64,000 nt of DNA from assembly GCA_016207165.1 (NCBI GenBank), contig JACQQD010000008.1, positions 112,386-176,385 of the forward strand. Reading direction: 5' to 3'. The notes under the pieces were generated by a model. The model ran no database searches, was not told the origin of the DNA, and saw only the letters and a list, made by a program, of their open reading frames with translations. This stretch comes from Candidatus Micrarchaeota archaeon. GTDB lineage: Archaea; Micrarchaeota; Micrarchaeia; Norongarragalinales; Norongarragalinaceae. Positions 18,152-28,306 of this stretch are shown here, piece by piece (position 1 is the stretch's first letter; every line of letters begins with the position of its first letter). A program made the position numbers and the translations under genes.

Positions 18152-19144
18152 CTATTTCAATAGTTCGGCTTTCTTCAAGGCGTTGAGGTCTTTGGATCGC
18201 GTCAGAAACATTGTGGTTTTCAGTTCGTGCTTGTATTTCTGGATGGCTTGCCGCACGCCCGAAACGCCGGCGTGTTGTTGGGCTTTGATGAAGGGGGACG
18301 CGGCGCCAGCCAGGGTGGCGCCCAATCGGATGGCTTTGGCGGCTTCCAACCCGGAGCGAATGCCGCCGGAGGCAATTAATGGGACTTTGACGGCTTTGGC
18401 GCATTGGGCTAGGGCTGAAGCGGTGGGGATGCCAAAGTCCCAGAACACGTCTCCGCTTAATCCGTGGCGGTGGTGTTCCACGGCGGACCAGGACGTACCG
18501 CCGGTGCCGGACACGTCGATGGCTTTCACGCCGGCTTTTTGGAGTTCCTTGGCGATGGTGACGTTGATGCCGGCTCCGACTTCTTTGGCGATGACTGGCA
18601 CCCGGAGGGCGTCACAGGTGTCCGCGATTTTTGCGAGGATTCCGTTCCAGTTCTTGTCGCCTTCGGGTTGCACGGCTTCCTGCAAGGGATTCAGGTGGAT
18701 GCAGAGCGCGTCGGCATTAATGGCGTCCACGAGCCACTGGATTTGCTTGAGGGAGTATTGCTTGAGTTGGTAGGCTCCGATGTTGCCGCATAGGAAGAGG
18801 CCTTTCTGTTTGACGGCGTAGGTTTTGGAAAGCGTGGGGTCCTCCAGCATGGCGCGTTGGCTGCCGACGGCGAAAACGATGCCTTCTTGGGCGCAGGCTT
18901 GCGCGATTTCGGAATTGATTTTTTGGGCGTCGGTATATCCTCCAGTCATGCCGGTGACCATGAATGGCGCTTTGAGGGCGTGGCCTAAAAACGTGGTTTC
19001 CAAGTTGACGGCGTGGAAGTCTTGTTCCGGCAAGGCATAGTAATTGAATCGGATGGCGTCAAAGCCGTTGCTTTGGTGGCCTTGGACGTCTTGGTTCAAG
19101 ACGATGTCGACGTGTTCGCCTTTGCGTTTCTGGGTTTGCTTCAT
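18152..19144 (-). CDS. fni: Isopentenyl-diphosphate delta-isomerase type 2 (FMN-dependent)
   Basis: TIM-barrel IDI-2 motifs (FMVTGMTGG, VSGTGGTSW, ASGGIRSG). Start taken at MKQTQKRK (19144). The longer ORF would overlap the upstream gene. Confidence 0.75.
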   Translation of the reverse strand: MKQTQKRKGEHVDIVLNQDVQGHQSNGFDAIRFNYYALPEQDFHAVNLETTFLGHALKAPFMVTGMTGGYTDAQKINSEIAQACAQEGIVFAVGSQRAMLEDPTLSKTYAVKQKGLFLCGNIGAYQLKQYSLKQIQWLVDAINADALCIHLNPLQEAVQPEGDKNWNGILAKIADTCDALRVPVIAKEVGAGINVTIAKELQKAGVKAIDVSGTGGTSWSAVEHHRHGLSGDVFWDFGIPTASALAQCAKAVKVPLIASGGIRSGLEAAKAIRLGATLAGAASPFIKAQQHAGVSGVRQAIQKYKHELKTTMFLTRSKDLNALKKAELLK

Positions 19145-19160
19145 ATGACGGTTTACTCCT

Positions 19161-20270
19161 TCAGGCTTTTTCAAGGCGTAGGCCGGCGTTGTCGATGGCC
19201 AAGTCAAATACGGCGAGGCCTTGTTCAAGTAAGTGGCTTTTGAGGTTCTCGGCTTTTTCGGTGGATAGGCACAAGGCGGCGATGGAGTCCAGGCCCCCGG
19301 CTCCGGGGCCTTTGGCGACGAAGGCGCCGTGTTTTGGGGCGCCTGAAAGGATTTTTTCAAGTGGCGGGGGTTGGATGGGGGCCCCGCTTTCTTCTCCGAG
19401 TTTTGTGGTGAGGCTCCATCCTTCGTTGAACCACTTCTTGAATTCGTTGAGGTTTTCCGGCGAGAAATCGGTTTGCAGTTCGTCGAGGTACCCCATGGCG
19501 TTGACGTTGGCTTCGTTTAAGCGTTTGACGAGGTCGTGGTATTGTTCGGCGTGCATTTTTTTCCAGGCGTTCACGGTTTTGACCATGGACGTCGTGGACG
19601 CGCTGTCTTTGGGGAAGGTGGCAAAAACGAGTTGGAACAGATCGGGTGTAGCCAACGGCCTAACCAGGTAGTCCCAGGTTTCATCCGCGTTTTTTGGGAA
19701 GGATTCCAGGGTTTCGGGGGTGAAGCGCTGGTATTCGCAGGAGCCGAAACACGCCGCCGCCACGTCGTAGCCTGACCCGATTTTGCCTTGGGCCTGCGCG
19801 TGCGCGGCTTGCGCCACGTGGTGCGTGGTTTTGAGGTCGGAAATGTCGTGGAACGCCAGCAGCCCGTGGGTCATGGCGGCGGTGGCGGCGGCGGAAGAAC
19901 CCAACCCGCTTTTTCCGGCGGTGACGTTGAAGGCCGCATCCGTTCGGGTGTTGAGGTGGAATGGTTTTGGCGTGATGCCTCTGCGTTCCAGGTATTGGAA
20001 TGTTTTTTCGATGGCGGATTGAGCGAACTTGGTTTCCGGCGCGCCGCGTTCCAGTTCCAGTCGCCCGTTTTTCCACTGGGCGTGCGTGTCGACGTGGAAT
20101 TGGGGGATTTGGATGCGGATGGTTTCCGCGGAACTGACTTCCGCGTGCACGCGGGCGGAAACGGTGGACAAGTAACTGGTGTTGCCTTTTTCCAGGACGC
20201 TGTAGCCGCCAAGCCAACCGATTTTTCCGGGGGCGGAAGCTGAAATCATGTGGTTGGAACCTTGGTTCAC
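19161..20270 (-). CDS. Phosphomevalonate kinase (GHMP kinase, ERG8-like)
   Basis: SAPGKIGWLGGYSVLE N-terminal motif and GKSGLGSSAAATAA ATP-binding loop. 4 nt overlap with the upstream MVD gene. Confidence 0.6.
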   Translation of the reverse strand: MNQGSNHMISASAPGKIGWLGGYSVLEKGNTSYLSTVSARVHAEVSSAETIRIQIPQFHVDTHAQWKNGRLELERGAPETKFAQSAIEKTFQYLERRGITPKPFHLNTRTDAAFNVTAGKSGLGSSAAATAAMTHGLLAFHDISDLKTTHHVAQAAHAQAQGKIGSGYDVAAACFGSCEYQRFTPETLESFPKNADETWDYLVRPLATPDLFQLVFATFPKDSASTTSMVKTVNAWKKMHAEQYHDLVKRLNEANVNAMGYLDELQTDFSPENLNEFKKWFNEGWSLTTKLGEESGAPIQPPPLEKILSGAPKHGAFVAKGPGAGGLDSIAALCLSTEKAENLKSHLLEQGLAVFDLAIDNAGLRLEKA

Positions 20271-21331
20271 GTAAAGACGATTCCTTTTGATTGGTTGAAG
20301 GCGTGGGGGATGACGTTTCCGGATTCATCGAGCAGGTGGCCGGTTTCAAGGCGTTTGGGGCCGTTTCCAACGCCGCAGACCAGCGTCTCGGTGACCCCTG
20401 GAATTTCTTCCAGCATTTTTTGGACGGCTCCGGCTTGGTTTTTCGTGGTGTAGACGTGGGCGTTGGGTCCGGCGTCAAAGGTGTACGCCGCCTGGATGCC
20501 GTTGGCGTTAAACTCGTTCACGGCGTGCATGACGTCTTTGGAGTGGTCGTTGAGGTACAAAATCGGGGGCCACGTGTCAAGCATCACGGCGTGCATGTTG
20601 CTGGACTCGCGCATGGTTAATTCGCCGAAGGTTTCAAAGTCTTTGGCTAGAACGGCTTTTTTCATGTCGTGGATGAGTCCGGGCAAGTACGCCAGGCGGG
20701 CTTTGTAGAGCTGGCTTGTGGCCACAGTCTGTTTCATGCCGGCTCGTGACGAGACTTTCTTTTTGGTGGCGTCAACGACGGCAATGACGTTGCGGATTTC
20801 CGGCCAATGCGTTGCCGGAGCGACTTGTTCGGCAAACGAGTCCGAGCCGTCGGCTTTGACGCCTTTCTTCCATTCCACGAATCCTCCCAGAACGGAGCGG
20901 CAGGCGGATCCGGAGCCCAGGCGCGCGAGCATGGAGGTTTCCCGGGGATTTAGTTTTAGTCCGGCGGCCATGGACGCGGCGCAGGAAAGCGCGGCAAGTC
21001 CTGCGGCGCTGGAGGCAAAGCCGGCGGCGGTGGGGAAACAGTTCAACGACGCGATGTGGGCTTTGTCTTGGATTCCGGCTTTTCGGCGGATGACGTCTAA
21101 AAGCTGTAGGCGTTCCGCGGTTTCCTTGTCTGAAAGATCGATTTTTTGGCCGTTGAGCCAGAACGAGTCGGCCTTGAATTTTTTCGAGTAGACGACCGTG
21201 GTGCGGGTCTTGAGGGTCTCGTCCATGGTAAAGGAAAGCGATCCTTCGGTGGGCAGGATGAGTTTCTCGTCGCGTTTGCCCCAGTACTTGACCACGGCAA
21301 TGTTGGGCGTGGCTTCAAAAGTGGCTCTCAT
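20267..21331 (-). CDS. mvaD: Diphosphomevalonate decarboxylase
   Basis: NIAVVKYWGKRD and PTAAGFASSAAG motifs. Start at MRATFEA (21331), 4 nt overlap with the upstream HAD gene. Confidence 0.75.
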   Translation of the reverse strand: MRATFEATPNIAVVKYWGKRDEKLILPTEGSLSFTMDETLKTRTTVVYSKKFKADSFWLNGQKIDLSDKETAERLQLLDVIRRKAGIQDKAHIASLNCFPTAAGFASSAAGLAALSCAASMAAGLKLNPRETSMLARLGSGSACRSVLGGFVEWKKGVKADGSDSFAEQVAPATHWPEIRNVIAVVDATKKKVSSRAGMKQTVATSQLYKARLAYLPGLIHDMKKAVLAKDFETFGELTMRESSNMHAVMLDTWPPILYLNDHSKDVMHAVNEFNANGIQAAYTFDAGPNAHVYTTKNQAGAVQKMLEEIPGVTETLVCGVGNGPKRLETGHLLDESGNVIPHAFNQSKGIVFT

Positions 21332-22020
21332 GGCGTCTTCACGTAGGATAGGATGTCTTGCGGCTTTTTTAAGGTCGTCACGTCTTCGTCGGGAGTCGGC
21401 GGCAATCCGTAGCCCCACTCCGCAAAAAACAATCGGGCGCGGCCTTGCAGGCTTTTCAGGACGCGGGGCATGTCGTCGACGAACCACACGGTTTCTTCCT
21501 TGAGGCTTTCCACTTGCCGTTTTTTGAGTTCGTCGCTGGAGGCCGAGAAGCGGCTGGAGCCTACCACGCGGTCAAAGTAAGGGAACAATTGCTTGGCGGC
21601 GAGGTATTTTTTTAGGCTGGAGTCGTCGCGCGCCGAGACCACGGCCATGCGTGGGCCTTGGTTTTTGAGTTGTTTCAGGGTATCGATGATGCCGGGATAA
21701 ACGGGGTTGTGGGGGAACTGTTTTTCCAGAAGCAAGTCGCGGTGCTTGTGGTAGAGTTCGCGAAGCTCCAGAACGCCGTTTTTTCGCTCCAGGCCGACGC
21801 GGTGGAGGTTTTCGCGGGTGTACGGAACGTGTTGTTGCCGGGCGAAGTACTGGATGAAGAAGTCGGTGGCTTGCACCGCGGTTTTTCGTTCGACTCGGAA
21901 TTGTTTCAGGCTCAAGGGTTCAAGGCCGAATTCTTCCAGCGCCGCGTTGTAGCTGGCAAAGCATTCGTGGACGGTGTCCACCAAGACGCCGTCAAAATCC
22001 CAGGCTAAAAGCATTTGCAA
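21328..22020 (-). CDS. HAD-superfamily hydrolase
   Basis: DxDGVLVDT motif I (WDFDGVLVDT). 230 aa. Co-operonic with MVD/PMK/IDI2. Confidence 0.6.
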   Translation of the reverse strand: MQMLLAWDFDGVLVDTVHECFASYNAALEEFGLEPLSLKQFRVERKTAVQATDFFIQYFARQQHVPYTRENLHRVGLERKNGVLELRELYHKHRDLLLEKQFPHNPVYPGIIDTLKQLKNQGPRMAVVSARDDSSLKKYLAAKQLFPYFDRVVGSSRFSASSDELKKRQVESLKEETVWFVDDMPRVLKSLQGRARLFFAEWGYGLPPTPDEDVTTLKKPQDILSYVKTP

Positions 22021-22054
22021 AAACCCTTAAACCTTTGCGTACAGTTTTCCGTAA

Positions 22055-23101
22055 TTGGTTTGTGGGGGTTGGATTGTTTTTATGGTTCTGGTTTCCGCGT
22101 CGGCGCCAAGCAAGGTTCATTTGGCGGGCGAGCACAGCGTGGTGTACGGGGGTTGGGCGTTGGTGGCGCCGGTGGAAGTGGGTGGCAAACGCAACGCCGT
22201 TTCCCTGGAGAAACGCGGTGGCGGGTTTTGGTTTGGAGGCGACTTGGGTGCTGCTTGGCTTGAAGGCGGGGCCAAGAAGGGCGACGAAGTCTATCACCCC
22301 TTGTTGGACGTGGCCTTGCATGTGGCCGGCAAAACAGGCCGTAGCCTGGACGGATTGAAAGCCACGCTTTCTTGGGCCGGCGCCCCAAGGGGCACGGCGA
22401 ATTCCGCGTCGATTTCCGTGGCGTTGGCTTTGGCGTTGTTCAAGCACTTCGGGAAAAACCCAGGCCAATCCGAGTTGTACGACGCGGGGTTCGTGGGCGA
22501 CAACGCGTACCACGGCGGAAAGAGTTCGGGCGGCGACGTGGCCGCCGTTGTTTCCGATAAGGCCAAGAAGTTCCGGCGCGTGTTCAAGGACGGTGCCGTG
22601 GTGCCGGAGTCGTTGGACGTGGAACTTCACATGCCTCGCGGTACGCAGTTGGTGCTGGCTTCCACCCAAAAAGAAGGCCAGGAACGCTCCTCTACGGCCG
22701 CGCTCATCGAACAGTTTGCCAAGGCGCATGGCGTGTCCAAGAAGCCGGCGGAAATGTCGGATGCCGAACGCCATGCGCTGTTTGACGCGTTTGATGTCGT
22801 GGTGGAGAAAATCGCTTCCTTGTGCGGGAGGGACGCGTCGCCGGAGGCGTTGGGAGCGGCGTTGGATGAAAACCATTCCTTGTTGGAAAGCGTGTCCACG
22901 CCCGCCATTGACCAAACCCTTTCCGTGGCGAAGCAGGCGGGGGCGTTGGGTGGGAAACTCATTGGCGCCGGGGGCGCGGGTAGCGCGTTGATCGTCTTGG
23001 TGCCGGACGAGAAGCTGAAAACCGTCCAGTCGGCGGTGTCGGATCTTGGCTTTGAGTCGTGGCCCGTTGGCTTGGCGAAGCGCGGGCCGGCCTTGGATTA
23101 A
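22055..23101 (+). CDS. mvk: Mevalonate kinase
   Basis: SAPSKVHLAGEHSVVYG N-terminal motif and GGKLIGAGGAGS. Start could be 22082 (MVLVSASAP). Confidence 0.7.
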   Translation: MVCGGWIVFMVLVSASAPSKVHLAGEHSVVYGGWALVAPVEVGGKRNAVSLEKRGGGFWFGGDLGAAWLEGGAKKGDEVYHPLLDVALHVAGKTGRSLDGLKATLSWAGAPRGTANSASISVALALALFKHFGKNPGQSELYDAGFVGDNAYHGGKSSGGDVAAVVSDKAKKFRRVFKDGAVVPESLDVELHMPRGTQLVLASTQKEGQERSSTAALIEQFAKAHGVSKKPAEMSDAERHALFDAFDVVVEKIASLCGRDASPEALGAALDENHSLLESVSTPAIDQTLSVAKQAGALGGKLIGAGGAGSALIVLVPDEKLKTVQSAVSDLGFESWPVGLAKRGPALD

Positions 23102-23117
23102 CTTTTTTTGGGTTGGC

Positions 23118-23516
23118 TTAGTGAACGCGTTGAATGCGTTCGACGTGGTCAAAGTCCGAGTCAAACGAGAGGATTTCTCGGAGGCCTCGTTTGTTGGTGG
23201 CATGGACGCTGAGGGCGTCGGAGAGGCTGAATCGGCCGTATTTCTTCATCAGTTTGCCGGCGGCTTCCAGGTCTTGGACGCTTACAGATTCAATGGCGAT
23301 GTTTTTCGCGTTCAGAAATGCCTGCAGTCCTTCGTGGGCGGCTTGCGGCCCGTCCCGGCTGAAAAGATACGTTACGGCTTCTTCGATGACGTGCGTGGTG
23401 ACGACGAGGCGTTCATTGTCTTTGACGATGTCCTCGATGAGTTCTTTTGCTCGGTCATGATGGGCGTCGCTTTTCCGGAACAATGCGATGAAAAGCGATG
23501 CATCGGCGGTCTTCAT
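23118..23516 (-). CDS. vapC: VapC-like PIN-domain toxin
   Basis: 132 aa. PIN acidic residues. Immediately follows the small antitoxin-like gene. Confidence 0.65.
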   Translation of the reverse strand: MKTADASLFIALFRKSDAHHDRAKELIEDIVKDNERLVVTTHVIEEAVTYLFSRDGPQAAHEGLQAFLNAKNIAIESVSVQDLEAAGKLMKKYGRFSLSDALSVHATNKRGLREILSFDSDFDHVERIQRVH

Positions 23517-23795
23517 TTAATCCCCGTAAAGCACCTGATGTAGATCTTCCGCGGCATTGGAGGGCGGCCCGCTCTTGACGATGCCTGCAAAGTCCCTCAA
23601 GGTTTTTTTCTTTCCAGCGGTCAACCCCTGGTTTTCAAGGGTGAACGCCAATGCCTCCCCCACGACTTCCGCGTCGGAGACCTTGGCTTCCCGCTGAAGA
23701 ATCATTTTAGCCTTTAATTGATGCAGCTTGCGCATGACGGGCTCCGGCACGCGAAGTGAAACGAGGTGACCCAAGAGAAAACCACCACGAGTCAT
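23517..23795 (-). CDS. VapB-like antitoxin
   Basis: About 90 aa. Position immediately upstream of the PIN gene. Confidence 0.4.
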   Translation of the reverse strand: MTRGGFLLGHLVSLRVPEPVMRKLHQLKAKMILQREAKVSDAEVVGEALAFTLENQGLTAGKKKTLRDFAGIVKSGPPSNAAEDLHQVLYGD

Positions 23796-23811
23796 ATATT
23801 TTTTATACTTT

Positions 23812-24072
23812 TTATACTTTTTGGTATTTTTGACGCGCCGTTTTCAGGTCGTATCGTTTGCCGAAACCCGGTACCCGAACGGCTTTGGTCTTTCGGATTT
23901 TTTCCAGTTTTTTTAGGTATTCCGGCCGGATTTCCCGTTCCATGAGGGTTTGCCCGTATTCGGCCACCACGTAATTGAGTGCTTCGTCTTTCCGCTTGAA
24001 GCCATGCAAGGCCTTGACGACGTTCAACACGCGATCTGTTTTTTCATCCAAATGGACGACGGCTTGTTTCAT
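23812..24072 (-). CDS. Small antitoxin-like/hypothetical protein
   Basis: 86 aa, basic C-terminus. Confidence 0.3.
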   Translation of the reverse strand: MKQAVVHLDEKTDRVLNVVKALHGFKRKDEALNYVVAEYGQTLMEREIRPEYLKKLEKIRKTKAVRVPGFGKRYDLKTARQKYQKV

Positions 24073-24130
24073 GTTATTTCACGTAATCTCATTTTATTTC
24101 ATGTAATAAAACGGTTTCGGTGGCTGGTGG

Positions 24131-24562
24131 ATGGGGTGGTGGAACGGTTGTCGAAACGCGTTCCGCCGCTGGATAACGTTTATTTTAGCCAATGTCTTGA
24201 ATGGTTTCATGGACTGTGTCTTGTGTTCGGAGGTTCAGGCCGTCGTTGCTGCCGGCGACCATTACTGGGAGCCCCTGCCGGATTGCGTCAATGCGTTGGA
24301 TGTTTTCGGGTATTTCGGCGATGACTTGGATTGCGTTTATCTTAAGAAGTGTCCGGCGTGCAAGACGTATTTCGCGGAGTACCACGCGGACCATTTTGAG
24401 TCCGGTGGCGCGGTAAGCCAACGCATTGAAAAAATCGATGCCGAGAAAGCCCTCGAAATCATCAAGAAAGTGATGACGAAGGTTGAGGGTGCAGAGTGGC
24501 TTAAGTCTAAGTATTCGTTGGCCAAGCTGCAAAAAGAATTGAGGAGTTTAGAGAAGTCGTAG
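24131..24562 (+). CDS. Hypothetical protein with Cys-x2-Cys ... CPAC putative zinc ribbon
   Basis: Motifs CVLC and CPAC. True start may be MDCVLC at ~24206. Confidence 0.3.
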   Translation: MGWWNGCRNAFRRWITFILANVLNGFMDCVLCSEVQAVVAAGDHYWEPLPDCVNALDVFGYFGDDLDCVYLKKCPACKTYFAEYHADHFESGGAVSQRIEKIDAEKALEIIKKVMTKVEGAEWLKSKYSLAKLQKELRSLEKS

Positions 24563-24579
24563 CACACGTCGTGGTGGGT

Positions 24580-25845
24580 TTAACCGTCCAAGAGTTCTTT
24601 GGCGCGCTTTACGTTGACGTTTTTCTCTTTGGCCATGATGGCGGCGATGCGGTCAATGTCGTCGCCGGTTGCCCCGGCTTGCACGGCAATGTTGGCGGCG
24701 TGCAACTTCATGTGACCTTGCTGGATACCTGTCGTCGCCAAAGCGCGCATGGCCGCAAAGTTCTGCGCCAATCCAACGGATGCCAGGATTTCGCCGAGTT
24801 CTTTTGCGCTTGAAACCCCCAGAATCTTGAGGTTGGTTTTGGCCATGGGGTGGGTGCGCGTCGCGCCGCCGACGACTCCAACGGCCATGGGCAACTCGAT
24901 TTCTCCGGTCAAGTCGCCGTCCTTGGTTTTCCAGTATCGCGTGAGGGTAGTGTATTGGCCGGTTTTCATGGCGTACACGTGTCCGCCGGCTTCCATGGCG
25001 CGCCAGTCGTTGCCTGTCGCCAAAACGACGGCGTCCATGCCGTTGAAGATGCCTTTGTTGGCGGTGCAGGCGCGGTACGCGTCGTTGGCGGCGAAGGCGT
25101 AGGCGTCAAGCATCGCTTCCACGATGGCTTCTCCGTTGAAAGCGCCTTTGGTGCTTTCCGCAAGGGCTTCTTTCGTCCAAGTGGCATGCGCTTTGGCGGT
25201 GCGGTGCACGGCCAAATTCGAGAGGATGCGGAGGCGGGCTTTGGCGCCGGTGATTTGCTCGATTTTGGGGCTGATGGCTTCGCACATGGTGTTCACGGCG
25301 TTGGCGCCCATGGCGTCCTGGACGTTGACCAGCAAATGCAAGATGAGCATGTCGCCGCGGCTGGTTTTAATCACCCGGCTTTCCAGGTCCACGGCTCCAC
25401 CGCCGCGGGAGACCATGACGGGGTCTTTTTCGTTGGCGGTTTCAAGCAATTCGCCCTTGTGTTTTTTGACGGCGGCTTGGGCTTTACGGAAATCCGGGAC
25501 GTGCACCAACTGGATTTGGCCGATCATGATGGGTTGCGTGGTGGATGCCGTGAATCCTTTTGGGAGGCACAATTTGGCGGCGTGGCTGGCGGCCGCCACT
25601 ACCGAGGGCTCTTCGACGACCATGGGGACGAGGCGTTCTTTGCCGTTGACTTTGAAGTGGTCGGCGATTCCCAACGGCAAAGGGTAGGCGCCCACCACGT
25701 TTTCGATCATGCGGTTGGCCGTGGATTCGTCCAATCCCCCAAACGTCTTGAGGCGCGCGAGGTCCTCGGCGTCCAATTTCGCCAGTGTGGCGACTTCCTC
25801 GGCGCGTTCTTGGGGTGACTTGTTCCTAAACTCTTTGGAGAGCAT
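24580..25845 (-). CDS. hmgA: HMG-CoA reductase, class I
   Basis: 421 aa. ENVVGAYPLPLGIA and GGATRTHPMA motifs. Confidence 0.85.
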   Translation of the reverse strand: MLSKEFRNKSPQERAEEVATLAKLDAEDLARLKTFGGLDESTANRMIENVVGAYPLPLGIADHFKVNGKERLVPMVVEEPSVVAAASHAAKLCLPKGFTASTTQPIMIGQIQLVHVPDFRKAQAAVKKHKGELLETANEKDPVMVSRGGGAVDLESRVIKTSRGDMLILHLLVNVQDAMGANAVNTMCEAISPKIEQITGAKARLRILSNLAVHRTAKAHATWTKEALAESTKGAFNGEAIVEAMLDAYAFAANDAYRACTANKGIFNGMDAVVLATGNDWRAMEAGGHVYAMKTGQYTTLTRYWKTKDGDLTGEIELPMAVGVVGGATRTHPMAKTNLKILGVSSAKELGEILASVGLAQNFAAMRALATTGIQQGHMKLHAANIAVQAGATGDDIDRIAAIMAKEKNVNVKRAKELLDG

Positions 25846-25954
25846 GAAACCGTATTGGAGTCCTGGGGTTTCAAAAGGCTGCCGGGTGTTGGGCGATTGA
25901 CGAAGGGTCTACGGGTTTTTATACGCGGATTGTCCAGAAAACGCTTGAACTGAA

Positions 25955-26001
25955 TTACAGTAAACCACGAATGTTTCCCGACAAAATAGTCGTGGTTTAC
26001 T
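25955..26001 (+). promoter_or_regulatory. Palindrome cagtaaaccacga-N19-tcgtggtttactg containing conserved motif 2 (CCCGACAAAATAGTCG)
   Basis: 13 bp perfect arms. Motif 2 recurs at 37647-37664 in the same orientation relative to the downstream gene. Confidence 0.5.
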
Positions 26002-26033
26002 GTCTAGCAAACTCCGCCTATTCGTCGTGAAAT
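26000..26033 (+). promoter_or_regulatory. Conserved intergenic motif 1, copy upstream of HMG-CoA synthase. A TTGCTATA box lies ~20 nt before the ATG.
   Basis: Matches the reverse complement of 15691-15725. Confidence 0.5.
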
Positions 26034-26069
26034 TTGCGGGGTTTGCTATACTGGAAGGTTTATTGTTCA

Positions 26070-27107
26070 ATGGCAGGCATCATCGGCTACGGCGTCTCCA
26101 TTCCGCGCTTCCGCATCAAGACCGAGGAAATCGCGCGGGTGTGGGGCAAAAACGGGGCGCACATCACCTCGGGTTTGGGCGTCAAAGAGAAAGCCGTAGC
26201 CAGCATCGACGAGGACTCCGCTACTCTGGCGGTGGAGGCCTCCCGGCGGGCCGTCCTTATGGCGGGCATTGACCCGCAGAAAATTGGCGCGGTGTACGTG
26301 GGCTCGGAATCCAAGCCGTATGCCGTCAAGCCCACGGCGTCCATTGTCGCGGATGCGTTGATGGCTGGACCGGACCTCATGGCCGCCGACTATGAATTTG
26401 CGTGCAAGGCGGGAACGGCTGGAATGCAGAACTGCCTGGGTTTGGTGTTAAGTGGAATGGTGGACGTGGGACTGGCGGTAGGCGCCGACACCGCTCAGGG
26501 AAGGCCGGGGGATGCATTGGAGTTTTCGGCGGCCTCCGGCGGCGCCGCGTTTTTGGTGGGGTCCAAAAACGTGATCGCGGAAATCAATTGCACGTACTCG
26601 TTCACCACGGACACGCCGGACTTTTGGCGGCGCCAACACGCCGAGTTTCCGCAGCACGCCGGAAGGTTTACCGGCGAGCCCGCGTATTTTCGTCACGTGG
26701 TTTCCGGGGCCAAGGGCGTGATGAAAAAGGCGAAGACGAAACCCGAGGACTACCAGCATGCCGTGTTTCACCAGCCCAACGGGAAATTCCCTGAACGCGC
26801 GGGCCACATGCTGGGCTTTTCCAAGGAACAACTCCAAACCGGCTTGGTCACGCCGTCCATTGGCAACACGTATTCCGGCGCGTCCTTGATTGGCTTGGCG
26901 GCGGTGTTGGATGAAGCCAAACCCGGCGACCGCATCTTGTGCGTGTCGTATGGTTCGGGGGCGGGAAGCGACGGGTTTGACATCACGGTAACGCCGGAAA
27001 TCAAGAACAAAAAGCCGGTGGTGTCCGTCAAGCAGTTGGTGGCGGATAAGCAGTACATCGATTACGGGCTGTACGTCAAGCACCGGAGAAAACTCAAGAG
27101 TTTGTGA
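26070..27107 (+). CDS. hmgB: HMG-CoA synthase (archaeal type)
   Basis: Start at [12 protein letters not shown]. Length, sequence and operon context with thiolase and DUF35. Confidence 0.8.
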   Translation: MAGIIGYGVSIPRFRIKTEEIARVWGKNGAHITSGLGVKEKAVASIDEDSATLAVEASRRAVLMAGIDPQKIGAVYVGSESKPYAVKPTASIVADALMAGPDLMAADYEFACKAGTAGMQNCLGLVLSGMVDVGLAVGADTAQGRPGDALEFSAASGGAAFLVGSKNVIAEINCTYSFTTDTPDFWRRQHAEFPQHAGRFTGEPAYFRHVVSGAKGVMKKAKTKPEDYQHAVFHQPNGKFPERAGHMLGFSKEQLQTGLVTPSIGNTYSGASLIGLAAVLDEAKPGDRILCVSYGSGAGSDGFDITVTPEIKNKKPVVSVKQLVADKQYIDYGLYVKHRRKLKSL

Positions 27108-28279
27108 GATTGATGCGATCCGTTTCCGTTATTGGCGTGGGGCAAACCAAGTTCGGCGAGCACTGGAACGATTCGCTTAGGGACTTGGTTACCGACGCGG
27201 GCGTGGCCGCCATTTCCGATGCGAACGTGGAAGGAAAGGACGTTCAAGCCGTTTTCGGCGGCTGCATGGCCGCCGGCCGCTTCATCGGCCAGGAGCACAT
27301 CGGCGCGCTGTTGGCCGACCAAATGGGGTTGAACCCACTGCCGGCTGTACGCGTCGAGGCGGCGTGCGCGTCCGGCGGCGTGGCGCTTCGCATGGGGTAC
27401 TTGGCTGTTGCTTCCGGCATGTACGACGTGGTGGCGGTGGCGGGTGTAGAGAAGATGACGGATGTGTCCACCGAGGACGCCGCCGTGGCGTTGGCGGGCG
27501 CCGGCGACCAGGAGTGGGAGTTGTTCAATGGCGCGACGTTTCCCGCGATTTACGCGTTGATGGCGCAGCGCCACATGCTTGATTTTGGGACGACGGAGGA
27601 GCAGATGGCGTTGTGTGCGGTCAAGAACCACGGCCATGCCGTGTCCAACCCGTATGCCCAGTTTCGTAAAGCCGTTTCCTTGGAGCAAGTCATGGATTCG
27701 GGGTACATTGCTTCTCCCCTCAAGTTGTTGGATTGCTCGCCGCTGACCGACGGCGCCGCCGCGTTGGTGTTGTGTGCATCCGAAAAAGCCAGTAAATTCA
27801 CGGACAAGCCCGTGGACGTCATGGCTTCAACCCAGGCTTCCGACACGCTGGCTCTCCACGAACGCGAGACGCTGACGGGGTTGAAGGCCACGCAGGTGGC
27901 CGGCAGGGACGCCTTCAAGCAAGCCGGCATTTCGCAGAAAGACGTGGATGTTTTGGAGTGCCATGACTGTTTCTCCATCGCGCAAATCATGGCGTTGGAG
28001 GACTTGGGTTTCTGCAGGAAGGGAACCGGCGGGAAATTCGTGGAAGAAGGCCGTTCGGACAAAGACGGCGAGATTCCGACGAATTTGTCCGGTGGGTTGA
28101 AAGCCGTCGGCCACCCGGTGGGCGCGTCGGGGGTTCGGGAAGCCATTGACGTGGTCCGGCAGTTGCGTGGCGACGCGCCGAAGGAAGTCCAATTGAAGGA
28201 TGCAAAAATCGGTGTGTCGCACAACGTGGGCGGTTCCGGTGCCACGGTGGTCGTTCACGCATTCAAGAGAGGATTTTGA
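27104..28279 (+). CDS. Acetoacetyl-CoA thiolase (archaeal)
   Basis: [16 protein letters not shown]-terminus and thiolase Cys regions. 4 nt overlap with the HMGCS gene. Confidence 0.8.
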   Translation: MRLMRSVSVIGVGQTKFGEHWNDSLRDLVTDAGVAAISDANVEGKDVQAVFGGCMAAGRFIGQEHIGALLADQMGLNPLPAVRVEAACASGGVALRMGYLAVASGMYDVVAVAGVEKMTDVSTEDAAVALAGAGDQEWELFNGATFPAIYALMAQRHMLDFGTTEEQMALCAVKNHGHAVSNPYAQFRKAVSLEQVMDSGYIASPLKLLDCSPLTDGAAALVLCASEKASKFTDKPVDVMASTQASDTLALHERETLTGLKATQVAGRDAFKQAGISQKDVDVLECHDCFSIAQIMALEDLGFCRKGTGGKFVEEGRSDKDGEIPTNLSGGLKAVGHPVGASGVREAIDVVRQLRGDAPKEVQLKDAKIGVSHNVGGSGATVVVHAFKRGF

Positions 28280-28306
28280 TATGGTTGCGCGAGACGGGGT
28301 TTTGGC

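Noticed and set aside
18152-26072. Long N-terminal extensions of the IDI2, MVD, GT4 and HMG-CoA synthase ORFs
   Set aside because: The extensions overlap upstream genes or conserved promoter motifs. Internal ATGs give family-typical N-termini and 4-nt gene overlaps.
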